Assembly (NCBI RefSeq): GCF_001194135.2
Contig: NC_068989.1
Span: 733,550-797,549 of the forward strand
From: Octopus bimaculoides
Lineage: Eukaryota
Direction of reading: 5' to 3'
Length of the DNA: 64,000 nucleotides
A program made the position numbers and the translations under genes. The notes under the pieces were generated by a model. The model saw only the letters and a program-made list of their open reading frames with translations. It was not told the DNA's origin and searched no databases. Within the stretch, counting starts at the first letter, position 1. Each line of letters opens with the position of its first letter. Shown here one piece after another: positions 25,701 through 36,559 of this stretch.

Positions 25701-28700
25701 TTATTTTTGCCTTTGTCAGGAATCAATAAAATAAAAATATTAGTCAAATGGTATTGATTATCTCCACATCTCTCAAATTGATGGCTTTGTGCCTAAATTA
25801 GATACAATTATTATTGTTATTATTATTATTAAACAAATTTCATTCTGTTTAAAGTATTTCCTATCATTGAATTCCAGTCGACCCACGACTCTCTTTTTCT
25901 CCCTCTCTCCTTCCTCTCTTTCCTCACTCTTCTCCCTCTCTACTTATTCTTTCTTTCACTAATACATGAAAGGTTTTTCTTTCTATTATTCAACTTCCAA
26001 GACTTCCAAAATATGCCACCAAATTCATCGAGATGTGCCTGATGGTGACGGCTGACCACGGACCGGCTGTTTCTGGAGCACACAATGCTATTGTCTGTAC
26101 ACGGGCAGGCAAAGACTTGGTCTCAGCTCTAGCTTCTGGACTCCTTACTATTGTAAGTATATTCTTACAGTCACACATCATCATCATCATCATCATCAAC
26201 AACACCATCACTCTCGTTATTCTCATCATCATCTTACATTTATCTTTCATTTGTAATTTTTTTTACCCTTTTTCCATTTTATATCTTCCACTTCCTCTAA
26301 TTTAACATCTTTGATATTATTACCTCCATCCATTTCACTAGAAACGAATTCTGACCCATGTTTTGCTTCTTGTGGCAGGGTGATCGCTTTGGTGGGGCAC
26401 TAGATGCAGCTGCCAAGCAGTTCAGTGAGGCCTACGACAGTAGCATGATTCCAATGGAGTTTGTTAACTCTATGAGGAAAAAGGGGAAACTTATCATGGG
26501 CATTGGACACCGTGTGAAATCCGTGAGTAGTCTTGAGTTTTAGTTACATTCATGTGTACATATATTTCGAAATTCTTTACACACACACACACACACACAC
26601 ATGTATATAACACAATATAATTATCAGGATACACTCTCGTTTACTGAGATTACATCAGAGGTGTGTAATTCAATCCTCATGTGCATAAACAACATGCAAT
26701 TATCTTGCATCAAAATACAAATCAGAACATTTTCTGTTATTGATTGAAGATTGATGAAGGTAGCTTGTGAATATGGTGAGTGAATTACACAACTTTGGTG
26801 CAATCTCACAAAATGGTACATAGTCTATCTTGGCAATTGCATTATGTTATAATAATTCAACCAAGCTGGCATTGTGTGCTACCATTTATATATATATATA
26901 TATATGAAAATACAGAGTGACTCTTAGAGACTGTCGTATTCCTGGGAAATTCATCAGGGAATCTCATCCGTTGCCTGGTTTGGAGTGGTGGAACTAGGCA
27001 TGAACAATCGCAGATCTTCCATGGGGTGGGGGTGGGGGGGAATGGCTTTGTCCAAACCTGCANNNNNNNNNNACTAGGCATGAACAATCGCAGATCTTCC
27101 ATGGGGTGGGGGTGGGGGGGAATGGCTTTGTCCAAACCTGCATCTTAAAGAAGTTTCCAGGTGCAGATTTATCATCTCACAACACCTACAAAAGCTGTTC
27201 ATCTCATTGAAATATTTACTAAATTCACGAATACGACGTCTCTGTTTAAATCTTTTCAGTTGAACAACCCTGACATGCGTGTAGTGATCTTAAAAGATTA
27301 TGTGAAGCAACACTTCCCTGCAACTCCTCTGCTTGATTACGCATGCGAAGTGGAGAAAATAACCACCTCGAAGGTAAGTTGGATTCTGGATCAAAAGAGA
27401 TATGCTGTAGTATAAGGTTTAACTGAGGTCTGGATCAAAAACTTAGGTAATATAAGGATTAACTAAGACTATCCAGGCAGTGAGTAGACAAAATCTCCCA
27501 AGGTGTTTAAAATCCAAGAACAAGCAGGGCAGATAACTTATCAAAATTTTTGAAAAAGACTCTGCAGATTAAAATCGATTTGGTTGTTTGAGAGGTAAGA
27601 AGTAAAAATCACAAATTTGTTTCAGTTGTATTAAATCTCCTTGGTGAAGTATATTCTTCTCAGCTGGTGATACAAAGTGATTAATATTACATGTATAAAT
27701 AGAGAGAGAGAGAGAGAGAGAGTGGGGTGTGTAGTGACACTGATTATGAATATCTACAATCCAGTTTGTATGAATATCTACAATCCAGTTTGTGAGGCAA
27801 GTTTCCGAGATGAATGTCCATTTTCCATGCTGGCATGGGTTGGACGGTTCAACTGGGGGTCTGGGAAGCCAGGAGGCTGCACCAGGCTCCAGTCTGATCT
27901 GGCAGTGTTTCTACAGCTGGATACCCTTCCTAACGCCAACCACTCCGTGAGTGTAGTGGGTGCTTTTTACGTGCCACCGGCACAGGGACCAGAGGAGGCT
28001 GGCAATGGCCACGATTAGTTGGTGCTTTTCATGTGCCACCAGCGCGGAAGCCAGTCAAGGCGACACTGGCATCAGCCACATTCGGATGGTTCTTTTTACG
28101 TGCCACCGGCACGGGGATCACAACTACAATCTCCATTTGATTTTCATTTTGATGTTGATGTACTTGACTCAATAGGTCTCCTCAAGCACAGCAGGTTGCC
28201 CTACGATCCAAGGTAGTTTTGAATGGGCTGGGGCTGGTTATGTGAAACTGATGTAGGATACAGCCATGAATTCACTTTATTTGCCGGGTCTTCGCAGTCA
28301 CAGCATATCTCCAGAGGTCTCGGTCTTTCGTCATTGTTTCTGCATAACTTTCTACTATTCAAGATGTTAGGAAATTGGAATTGTTTTCTCTCATGTGAGT
28401 TCTTTGTTTTATAAAGATGAGAGGAACATAATTGGTTGGAGTTCTATTCTAATTCTCACATAAAGTGTTATTGTTATGATGATGATGATTGTTCTAGTAT
28501 TTTCCTTCAGGGAAATAAATGTTGTTTCTATTTTGATTTCAGAAACCTAACCTAATTTTAAATGTCGACGGCTTCATTGGTGTTGCAATGGTTGATCTTT
28601 TCCGGAATTGTGGATGTTTCACACGGTGAGTTAACTGTGTGTGTGTGTGTGTGTGTGTGAACATGGGAATAGCAGTTGTCTTCATATGAACATTAGATTC

Positions 28701-31687
28701 TGCTGACTTTGATGTTGCGACAGTTTTGTTCAGGTGAGAAAAGTCAGGTTAAAGGATGGGTGGACACATTTGCTGGGCTGAAGTTGTTCAATGGAGTTGG
28801 AGAGGATTGAGATTTCTAGGTTGTGTGTTGGTAGGACGTGGTGGAGGGGGTCGAGACTAGAATAATTTGTGAGAACTGTTCAGTCAGTTGGTTTGGAGTT
28901 GGAGTGAATGTTTTGATCCTGGAGGTAAACTGTTGCTCATAAGGGACCCCTAACCAGTGTTGATCCTCTATCAATAGCCTTGTCTAATATCAGGTGCCAA
29001 AAATGGGCTTCTCAAAAGTTTGTTCGTACTGGGACACTTGTTGGGGACTGAGGTAGAAGAGAATTCAGGGTATTGAGCCAACTTTGAGGACAACTACCAG
29101 AAGTTCAAGTGTTTGGGGATCCTGTCCTATCTGTGAACCTCAACTGAGAGACTTTCATGACTTGTACACTTTGGTAATCGGTGGCACTTTACGAGAATAG
29201 TTGGAAGCAACTCCTCTTGAAACTGTGTCATCCTTAAACTGGGGACTTTCCTGATCTGAAGACTTGCAACAAAACAAGAGAACTAAAAACATCCAAAGAC
29301 TGGGTGGTAGCGTTAAAGCAGGTGACATGTTTAGGCACCAGAAAAATAATGATTGTCTTATGCAAAGTCCTTTCTGTGTTGACATTTGAGAGAAATGGGC
29401 CTCATTTGTAGATGGGAAGTCTCTCTCTCTCTCTTAAAACAGTTCTCTAACAACAGCAGGTAAATTTGCAAGGTTATCAGAAAGATAAGTTTTGCAGGAG
29501 AGAAAAAAATATATCAAATGGGTGGGGGTGGGGTCAAAAGGAGAAGAAAAAAAAGGAGGAAAGATAATTGAATTGTGACTCTTTGTGGTCTTTCAGCTAA
29601 TTAACTCCATTAATGGCCCTTGCTATATTTGAATCTCCATTGATATTAAAACTACATGTATCAGGTGACATTCTATATATTATTTCTCATGTTGTCTAAT
29701 GTGAAGTAACAAAACTCTCCAACATCGAAGAGACAGTTGTAACTTCATCATTTCTAACTCGAATCCCAGGCAAGAACAGTTTCTTCTCCTTAATTTACCA
29801 AAACAGAAAGCTGCAACCATGGATATGGTGTTAAAAAGTTTGAGGCTGACAAATGCCTTACGAGTGAAGTTCGGGGAGATGGAAACTTTAAGAAGTCACT
29901 TGTATAAGTACGTAATAGCAGTGTAGGATAACTCGGCAGATTCAAACAATACCCAATGGTTACATCCAAATTCATTTGAGTTATCTCCCCTCACGTCGGT
30001 ATCTACTCTACATTTAACATTATTGAAGCCAGTAAAACGACCGACAGCTCCTCTAGACCACAAAGATTTACCTACAATTAACTAGCTTCCCCAGCTAACA
30101 CCTCAGACACCATTTTTATATTCCAGTACCATTTAGTGTTCTGCAAGTGACTCTGGTTTCCATTTTATTTATACAAGAATACTATTAGCCAGTTGGATAA
30201 ATAGCAAGGAAAACAAAAGGTGATTTAATTTTGAAATAAACTGGTGGAAACGGTGCTCCAATCTGGCCTTTCATATGATGGCATAATCAAAATAAACACC
30301 TCAAGATGTTATATGGAAGGTAGCTGTCATCAGGAAATTAAATTTTAAGTAATGTTATGAAAGAAAAGGTTTCTTTGCTAGGATGTAATGTTTTTGGAAT
30401 TCTTTAGAATGTATTTTATAGGAATTTCAGGTGGTGAGCTGGGAGAACCATTGTGCCTATAAAAGAAAGGATTCATCATCATCATCGTTTAACGTCCGCT
30501 TTCCATGCTAGCATGGGTTGGATGATTTGACTGAGGACTGGTGAAACCGGATGGCAACACCAGGCTCCAATCTAATTTGGCAGAGTTTCTACAGCTGGAT
30601 GCCCTTCCTAACGCCAACCACTCAGAGAGTGTAGATTCAGTCTATTGGAATTCATGATTTAGTTTGTGATAATTTCTTTCTTAGGCTCAAGATACTTCGT
30701 TGATTGATTTGATTTTATTACTTTATTGATCATTTATTGATCAGAGAGCACTAAAAGACAAGATTTGGTTTTGGTATTTGATGTTAGGAAACTAGAAATA
30801 GATTCCTCACTCTCCCTCTGTCAGAATTGATTTAGCTATAATATGATTAATTAATTTAGCTATAATAATAAAACTATAACTATTTATTGCGAATATTTTT
30901 CTTTTTTTATTAATTTCACCAGAGAGGAAGCTCAAGAATATGTGGAAATTGGTGCTCTGAACGGACTCTTTGTGCTTGGTCGTAGCATGGGCTTCATTGG
31001 TAAGTTTTTTGGAAAGTCAACGATAGAGGACATTTGTTTTGAGAAGTTGCAGAATATTTGAATGAACCAGTTTCATGAACCTTACTCTCATCCTCTATAT
31101 ATGTGTGTGTGTGTGATATATATATATATAATATACCCCGGCAAAGAAAGTGAGATCACAGCTGTAGTCTGCACCAGTGTCGCAAAACCAGCCCATTTAA
31201 AAAGTACCTTTGAATTGTTGGGTGACATTCCGTGCTTGAGGAAATCTGTTGAGTCAAGTAAATCAAAATCAAATGGAAATTCTAGTTGTGGCCTGCAATA
31301 AGCACCATTCATGTGTGGGTTGCTACCAGAGCCGCCTGGCTGGAAGCCGTCAGCAACTGTAAAGACTCAGCAGAGAACAACGAGAATTGCTGGTCCTTGC
31401 ATCTGGCACCATGAGGAACCTGTAGTAATGTTGAAGGTGAAGTTATATTCAAAATAATTTCAATTTCCTTCCATAAATTTAGAAAAAACAACTTGTACTA
31501 TTCTTAGGTTTTTGATCACATCACTATTTGCCTAACAAATACTTTTTGCATNNNNNNNNNNATATATATAATTGTTTGTATTTTAGGTCATTATTTGGAC
31601 CAAAAGAGATTGAAGCAAGGTTTGTATCGTCACCCATGGGATGACATCTCCTACATCTTACCCGAGAGTCTACATGAAAGTCTTTGA
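132..31687 (+). CDS. ACLY: ATP-citrate lyase, 5'-partial multi-exon gene (24 constitutive exons, about 915 aa in window)
   Basis: Exons 132-211, 1761-1894, 2843-2961, 3401-3537, 4766-4827, 5784-5901, 6402-6547, 15752-15993, 17030-17082, 17689-17804, 18960-19064, 19997-20088, 20453-20557, 21211-21292, 22077-22187, 23546-23673, 23798-23891, 25503-25657, 26002-26152, 26379-26522, 27260-27373, 28543-28625, 30923-30999, 31587-31687 splice in phase. They give [56 protein letters not shown] (phospho-His), [19 protein letters not shown] and [11 protein letters not shown], colinear with animal ACLY. Confidence 0.98.
626..1250. mobile_element. Non-autonomous DNA transposon (MITE) with about 95-bp terminal inverted repeats
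   Basis: 626-721 is the imperfect reverse complement of 1155-1250 (ttatggctggttcatagg... / ...cctatgaaccagccataa); a TA target duplication is possible. Confidence 0.75.
1761..1894 (+). CDS. ACLY: ACLY exon ([14 protein letters not shown]...[12 protein letters not shown])
   Basis: tag/gtaagt boundaries, motif match. Confidence 0.96.
2843..2961 (+). CDS. ACLY: ACLY exon ([16 protein letters not shown]...GGGASVIY)
   Basis: tag/gtaagt boundaries, motif match. Confidence 0.96.
3401..3537 (+). CDS. ACLY: ACLY exon (DTICDLGG...[10 protein letters not shown]...ETKHKE)
   Basis: cag/gtaagt boundaries, motif match. Confidence 0.96.
4766..4827 (+). CDS. ACLY: ACLY exon ([20 protein letters not shown])
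   Basis: cag/gtttgt boundaries, citrate-binding ANFTNVA motif. Confidence 0.95.
5784..5901 (+). CDS. ACLY: ACLY exon (GIVRALREY...[17 protein letters not shown]), GC donor
   Basis: tag acceptor; G|gcaagt donor is required for phase. Confidence 0.92.
6402..6547 (+). CDS. ACLY: ACLY exon ([20 protein letters not shown]...FLLPGGT)
   Basis: aag acceptor after poly-T, gtgagt donor. Confidence 0.94.
7779..7787 (+). CDS. Candidate 9-nt ACLY microexon (NMQ)
   Basis: About 88-nt AG-free pyrimidine tract ending cctttcag|AACATGCAG|gtaatc; phase 0-0 fits the flanking exons. Confidence 0.5.
11850..12200 (+). mobile_element. RTE-clade LINE reverse-transcriptase fragment
   Basis: Translation [30 protein letters not shown]...[15 protein letters not shown]. 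Confidence 0.85.
13820..13846 (+). CDS. Candidate 27-nt ACLY microexon (STFCQAQLG)
   Basis: tttttgtttctattaacag|...GGT|gtaagt, open frame, phase 0-0; TGCATG and ACTAAT lie downstream. Confidence 0.55.
15752..15993 (+). CDS. ACLY: ACLY exon ([11 protein letters not shown]...[26 protein letters not shown])
   Basis: cag/gtaatt boundaries, motif match. Confidence 0.95.
17030..17082 (+). CDS. ACLY: ACLY exon ([17 protein letters not shown])
   Basis: cag/gtaagt boundaries. Confidence 0.96.
17689..17804 (+). CDS. ACLY: ACLY exon (YKNMADV...NFASLRSAY...NYPQ)
   Basis: tag/gttcga boundaries, motif match. Confidence 0.95.
18960..19064 (+). CDS. ACLY: ACLY exon ([13 protein letters not shown]...IIGPAT)
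   Basis: tag/gtacgg boundaries. Confidence 0.96.
19512..19823 (+). mobile_element. tRNA-derived SINE; related copies near 5945-6090, 10080-10220 (-), 45440-45545 (-)
   Basis: A/B-box-like head (gtggctgtgtggtaag...gtttcagtcc) and shared body gccttgtgagtggatt..ggaaactgaaagaag. Confidence 0.7.
19997..20088 (+). CDS. ACLY: ACLY exon ([16 protein letters not shown]...LYRPG)
   Basis: cag/gtaagg boundaries. Confidence 0.96.
20453..20557 (+). CDS. ACLY: ACLY exon ([16 protein letters not shown]...IGGD)
   Basis: cag/gtgaga boundaries. Confidence 0.96.
21211..21292 (+). CDS. ACLY: ACLY exon (YPGTTFPDY...VLLGE)
   Basis: tag/gtaatc boundaries. Confidence 0.95.
22077..22187 (+). CDS. ACLY: ACLY exon (VGGVEEY...[13 protein letters not shown])
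   Basis: cag/gtattt boundaries. Confidence 0.96.
23546..23673 (+). CDS. ACLY: ACLY exon with catalytic His ([11 protein letters not shown]...)
   Basis: tag/gtaagt boundaries. Confidence 0.96.
23798..23891 (+). CDS. ACLY: ACLY exon (KVYENLV...[12 protein letters not shown])
   Basis: aag/gtatgt boundaries. Confidence 0.95.
23953..24150 (+). mobile_element. Second tRNA-derived SINE family; related copies near 16030-16250, 47930-48040, 56520-56640 (-)
   Basis: B-box gagttcaaattc followed by conserved body ctttgcctttcatcct...taagtaccagttg...ggggtcgatgtaattgac. Confidence 0.7.
25503..25657 (+). CDS. ACLY: ACLY exon ([20 protein letters not shown]...LWFQR)
   Basis: cag/gtaact boundaries. Confidence 0.96.
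26002..26152 (+). CDS. ACLY: ACLY exon ([12 protein letters not shown]...[11 protein letters not shown]...LLTI)
   Basis: aag/gtaagt boundaries. Confidence 0.96.
26379..26522 (+). CDS. ACLY: ACLY exon (GDRFGGALD...GIGHRVKS)
   Basis: cag/gtgagt boundaries. Confidence 0.96.
27260..27373 (+). CDS. ACLY: ACLY exon (LNNPDMRV...EKITTSK)
   Basis: cag/gtaagt boundaries. Confidence 0.96.
28543..28625 (+). CDS. ACLY: ACLY exon ([13 protein letters not shown]...CFT)
   Basis: cag/gtgagt boundaries. Confidence 0.96.
30476..30633 (-). mobile_element. Young copy of an abundant (GAT)n-tailed retroposon; other copies near 6853, 7130, 8218, 11108, 11476, 12340, 17318, 22238, 23040, 27830, 51280, 51615, 58715, 59740, 61355
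   Basis: Recurrent catcatcatc-gtttaacgtccgctttccatgctagcatgggttggacg...cttcctaacgccaaccact unit; GATTCA direct repeat on both sides of this copy. Confidence 0.8.
30923..30999 (+). CDS. ACLY: ACLY exon ([25 protein letters not shown])
   Basis: cag/gtaagt boundaries. Confidence 0.96.
31587..31687 (+). CDS. ACLY: ACLY terminal exon ([32 protein letters not shown])
   Basis: tag acceptor, TGA stop at 31685-31687. Confidence 0.96.
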
Positions 31688-33379
31688 AACTGCTCATTGA
31701 TTGCTGCTTCCTGTTAAAGAATCTTCTTCTTCCATCTGGTGCTGTTACTTCTGACTGCTGAGATTGTAGATGTTCCTTACAAACGGCTGGTTTAATGTTA
31801 CCATTTGGAGATGAGGGAGTCGAACCTGATCACGTATTGTTGCCGACATTATTCCCTAGAAGTTGAGTCTGTTTTGGTAGATTAGCTGTAGGGCTACATC
31901 ATGTACCAACTACCTAATGTCTTTTTATCTCTAAGGTAGACATGTATTTATCAAGTGTCCTCTAAAACTACTGTGTAGTCTTCCTCCTTTCTTCTTCCTC
32001 TTTCTCTTCTTCCCTTTGTAATTTATTATTTTCTTTAATTCATGAAAATAATTAAATTATTATTTGGATCATGTGACCAACATATTTTTTATTTTTTATT
32101 TACAACCAATCAAACTTCTTCAATTAAAAAAAATTTTTTTTTTATTTCTTTCACTTTGGGGGAATGGGTGATTTTGTTTCAGGTTTTAATAATGTATCTT
32201 TTTTTAAAAAAATTTATTCAGTGTTTTCACTTCTGTCTCAAATATATTAATGAAAGAGTAGAAGAAAAGCAATGTGGTCCAAGCTGTAAATCTAGTTAAA
32301 ACTGTGTCCTGAAGCTATAATTGGATTAAAAGTGTTTATTTCTCTTGCTAACTCAATCAATCACCTATTATTCAATGTCATTCTGGTGGAATAATAGACC
32401 AAATAACACTTCATATTTGTTCCTAAAGCAATAAAACATTTCAAAGTCACTCAATTTTAGGCATTCTTTCATCTGTTTCTTTAAATTCAAAACCAAAAAT
32501 AAAAAAAAAAATTTAATTATTTCCATGGCCTGTGTTGGTGTGGTTATTTATTCGAATTATCAGGTTCTGTTGTTACTCTTATTTTCAGGAATTGGAACAA
32601 GTTGAAGGTCAATTAACTTGAACAAAATGAGATAAATAATGGGAAACTATTTAGAAATAATAAATTCATGTGAAATATAACCCCCCCCCCCCCAAAAAAA
32701 AAACATTTATGATAACACTTTGTGGAGTAAACAGCCAGAAAACATCTGTAATAATAATAGTTACAAGGTCAGCCTAAAATAATAAAGTTGGTGTTAAAAT
32801 AGGTTATGTATGAGCCAAAGAATTTATATTAAACTTACATTTGTGAAGAGAATTAATCACTGATGTTTGTCAAAGCAGGTGAAACAACATCCAAAATTTC
32901 AACTAATTAAAACAAAGCAGGTAACTAGTACTCTTCGATTTCGTGGAGAGAGGGGGAGAGAGTGAGTGAGGAAAGGTGTGTCATTTATGTATTTCTTTTT
33001 TGGCCTGTACAACATAAATATATCCTATTTATGCACATTTTCAAATAATTTCAGGGAGGTGGGGTTCCAGTTTCCTACCCCATCCTTTTTTTTTTTTTGA
33101 AGAAAAATAAGGGGTTTGTGGCACATTAGGAGGTCAAGGTAAGGTGATTACACACGAGAATCCGAGGGTTTTTGTTTTATGAACTGCGTGGAGGTGCACT
33201 TGTAAAAGTTTATCCAAATGGTTTCATAAATATGGTGTTGACTATCGTTTCATGATAGAAAAATATTTAAGGGTGATTGAACATCAAGAACCAATTCTTC
33301 CGTGTCCTCAGGAACATGGATACAGTCTTCCAAGTTCCAAAACAAACTTACGAAGTCGGTGAGATGGCTCGTATAAAAA

Positions 33380-34130
33380 GTAGTCTAACGACATACTCTT
33401 TGAGATACTTCGGTCTCATTCCGGGAAGAATAATGCACTTTTTCAGGCTTCCCCATAAACACTGATCCAGTCTTCAGCGTGATTAACCTGATAGGTGTGT
33501 ATAGCCCATGCTGCTCAAGTTACTATACGCACGTCAACAGTCAATATAAATTATTGATCCCGGCCTGACGTAACGTCTAATGATAGGAATGAGGGCGTCA
33601 GCATCCCTTCTGTTGCCCTCGCCACATTCGGTCAAAAGTGGGACCATAAAGGCTCTCTTCATCAGACGTTCTTTCAATAGACCAGAACCGTTTCATCGAT
33701 CTCAGTTTCAACCCCCATCTCCTCCGATCATATTTTGGTGGTTTTCAGCCTAAAACTGGTAAACCTCAGCACAGAGAGACCGCCAATCTACAGAGGTTTT
33801 ACGGCAGAATCCGAGATTTTCCTTGATTAATCTGTACGACCAAGCTGTGCTGAGGAAGTGATTCACGAAAAGCAAAATCTTCCAAGGCGGAACATGGGTG
33901 TCTTCCAGAAAGGAGTTCTTCAATACAGATTCAGAATATCCACACTCCCTTCTGTATTGGCGACGTCTTCGTACCATCCTACGGCAACGGCGCATGATCG
34001 TTTTTTCGTGCAAAATACATGGAAAATGACATGTCGGACAATTGTGGGTAAACGGCAGGACACCGTGTTCCAGGAAAAATGTAATGGCAGTATTATTTTT
34101 ACCGTGGAAACGGAGAACTCCTCCATAAAG
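33380..34130 (-). mobile_element. Degenerate Merlin/IS1016 (ISXO2-like) transposase, copy A
   Basis: CPTC...WKILLF...TSVDWRSLCAEV, then with stops and frameshifts IGGDG-VETEIDET, LIPIIRRYVRPGSIIYIDC*RAYSNL..GYTHL-VNH. Confidence 0.75.
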
Positions 34131-35296
34131 AATGATATTGCAACAGTTGCATAGGATTTTGTGTGTCTGTGCGCACGTGTGGGAGAGAGATAGTGAGTGA
34201 AGGTGATGATGGATGTCTTTTAAGGTCCACACTCATGTAGAAAATGGGACGTCATCATGGTCGTCGTATAAAATGTTTACGGTAGATAACTTATGGAAAA
34301 GATTATAATTTAAAATTTTTGTAATTCAAATATGTCAATGAAAATAAAGTTTAGTTAGTCGTGGAAATAGTACTGAATCTTTTGATACCCCATACATGAA
34401 AATCAACAACTTGGTTTTGGACTGCATAAGGAATATTTGCACCCTGAAAAACTCCAAAATTGATCCACACACCCGTCTCCCTATTCAACAATAAAGGGTG
34501 CGCGAGCGCAACAATCTTTACAGCTCAGAAAACGAAGGACTAAAAGAAATAAAACAGCATGTTATACATACCTGTTGTATACGTCGGTCTTGTTTTTTCG
34601 CTTTAAAGGTAAGCGATTCTCATAGAAGCAAACATGATATTGAATAATTCTCCGTCATACGTCTATTAAAAACTTTAACAGACTTCCAAAACGGGATTTC
34701 ATCTATGTTTATCTCCGTGCGTCAACAAGAAGTTTCCCCAATAAATTCGAAGGGTTAACATCGCACAAGTTCATACATTATTTCCGTAATCTCTAATTGA
34801 AATTAAGAAGCTACCACAACCACCCCATCAGAAACAATCATCATTATCTCCACAATATTTGTACCCTTTAAAAAGAAGCAGCTTTGTTATTTTTCTGAAT
34901 TTATTTTACATTGTGTACACCCAGATTGGAACTTTTACTGTACCTTGCACCAGAGAACATTATAGATTATGTGAAGACAAAACATATTGCCAATGAAAAA
35001 AACGTCTGCTTGCACACATTCGATGAATTTTCAAAATTCTAGTCGTTCTATTGACGGGTTTGTCAATAGAAAGTGCGCTAAATGTTAAAAAAAAAAAAAC
35101 CTCTTTCCATCAGGAAAGGTACATTTACGGAAAACTCTAAGCTGCCATTATATGTAATTTTTCATTTAGTGTTTGATTTTATTTTCGATTGACAATATCT
35201 GCAAGTATGAATTTGCATTGATAAAAAAACTGCCGTTCAGTGATACCAGTTTTGTAGAGATGTCTGTTTGGCAAAACTGCTGCAGGATGAAACTCC

Positions 35297-35670
35297 CATT
35301 GGCGGTCCGGTTCATAATAGTGGAGATAGATGAAAGCTTGTTCTTCAATAGCAAGAACAATGCAGGAAGAATGTGTCGCCCAACTTGGGTTGTCGGATGT
35401 TATGACACCACAACCAGAAAAGGATTTCTTCTACGTGTACTCGAGAGACGTTGGAGAATGTTATCAGACAAAACGTTCTCCCAGGAACTACTGTTATGAC
35501 TGACAATTTGGCAAGCTATTGTAATCTCCACACACTCGGTTACATTCCCCATACGGTAAATCATTCCCCAAATTTCATAGATCGGTCACCAGGACTTGTA
35601 CAAATCGGCAGAGGTAAGGATCATGGACCGCACCCATTTTAGGATATTTGTTTGGTTTTATTTTTACATG
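35297..35670 (+). mobile_element. Degenerate Merlin/IS1016 (ISXO2-like) transposase DDE domain, copy B
   Basis: IGG-IVEIDESLF...GR...WVVG.YD..T.KGFL and VLPGTTVMTDNLASY..L..LGY.PHTVNHS.NFID across two frames. Confidence 0.8.
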
Positions 35671-35851
35671 AACACACTATATCGAGGGCGGAGATTCCGA
35701 ATTTGCAAAAGAAAAAAAATTATCTGCATTTCAAAATTTATATTGTACAGGCAAAAGAAAACCCCACATAAATGACGAAACACACCTTTACTCACTCAGT
35801 CTCCCCCTCCCCTTCTCTCTCTCCACTCTCCCCCCTCTCTCTCTCTCTCTC

Positions 35852-36455
35852 NNNNNNNNNNNNNNNNNNNNNNNNNNNNNNNNNNNNNNNNNNNNNNNNN
35901 NNNNNNNNNNNNNNNNNNNNNNNNNNNNNNNNNNNNNNNNNNNNNNNNNNNNNNNNNNNNNNNNNNNNNNNNNNNNNNNNNNNNNNNNNNNNNNNNNNNN
36001 NNNNNNNNNNNNNNNNNNNNNNNNNNNNNNNNNNNNNNNNNNNNNNNNNNNNNNNNNNNNNNNNNNNNNNNNNNNNNNNNNNNNNNNNNNNNNNNNNNNN
36101 NNNNNNNNNNNNNNNNNNNNNNNNNNNNNNNNNNNNNNNNNNNNNNNNNNNNNNNNNNNNNNNNNNNNNNNNNNNNNNNNNNNNNNNNNNNNNNNNNNNN
36201 NNNNNNNNNNNNNNNNNNNNNNNNNNNNNNNNNNNNNNNNNNNNNNNNNNNNNNNNNNNNNNNNNNNNNNNNNNNNNNNNNNNNNNNNNNNNNNNNNNNN
36301 NNNNNNNNNNNNNNNNNNNNNNNNNNNNNNNNNNNNNNNNNNNNNNNNNNNNNNNNNNNNNNNNNNNNNNNNNNNNNNNNNNNNNNNNNNNNNNNNNNNN
36401 NNNNNNNNNNNNNNNNNNNNNNNNNNNNNNNNNNNNNNNNNNNNNNNNNNNNNNN
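35852..36455. other. Assembly gap (N run); another long gap at 55266-55920, and 10-N gaps at 27063, 31552, 54225, 59412
   Basis: N characters. Confidence 0.99.
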
Positions 36456-36559
36456 TATATATATATATATATATATATATATGAGTATGTGTGCTTGTAT
36501 ATATGTATATGGATGTGTGTATTTATGTATATGTATCTATCTATCTCCATATATATTTA

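Noticed and set aside
26993-27142. 70-bp direct duplication containing G-rich runs (possible G-quadruplex pair)
   Set aside because: The two identical copies flank a 10-N gap, the signature of unmerged contig overlap; assembly artefact.
28660-30120. GC-richer intronic block that may be a decayed retroelement (also 16400-16960 and 22350-22900)
   Set aside because: No diagnostic motif could be read confidently; left unclassified.
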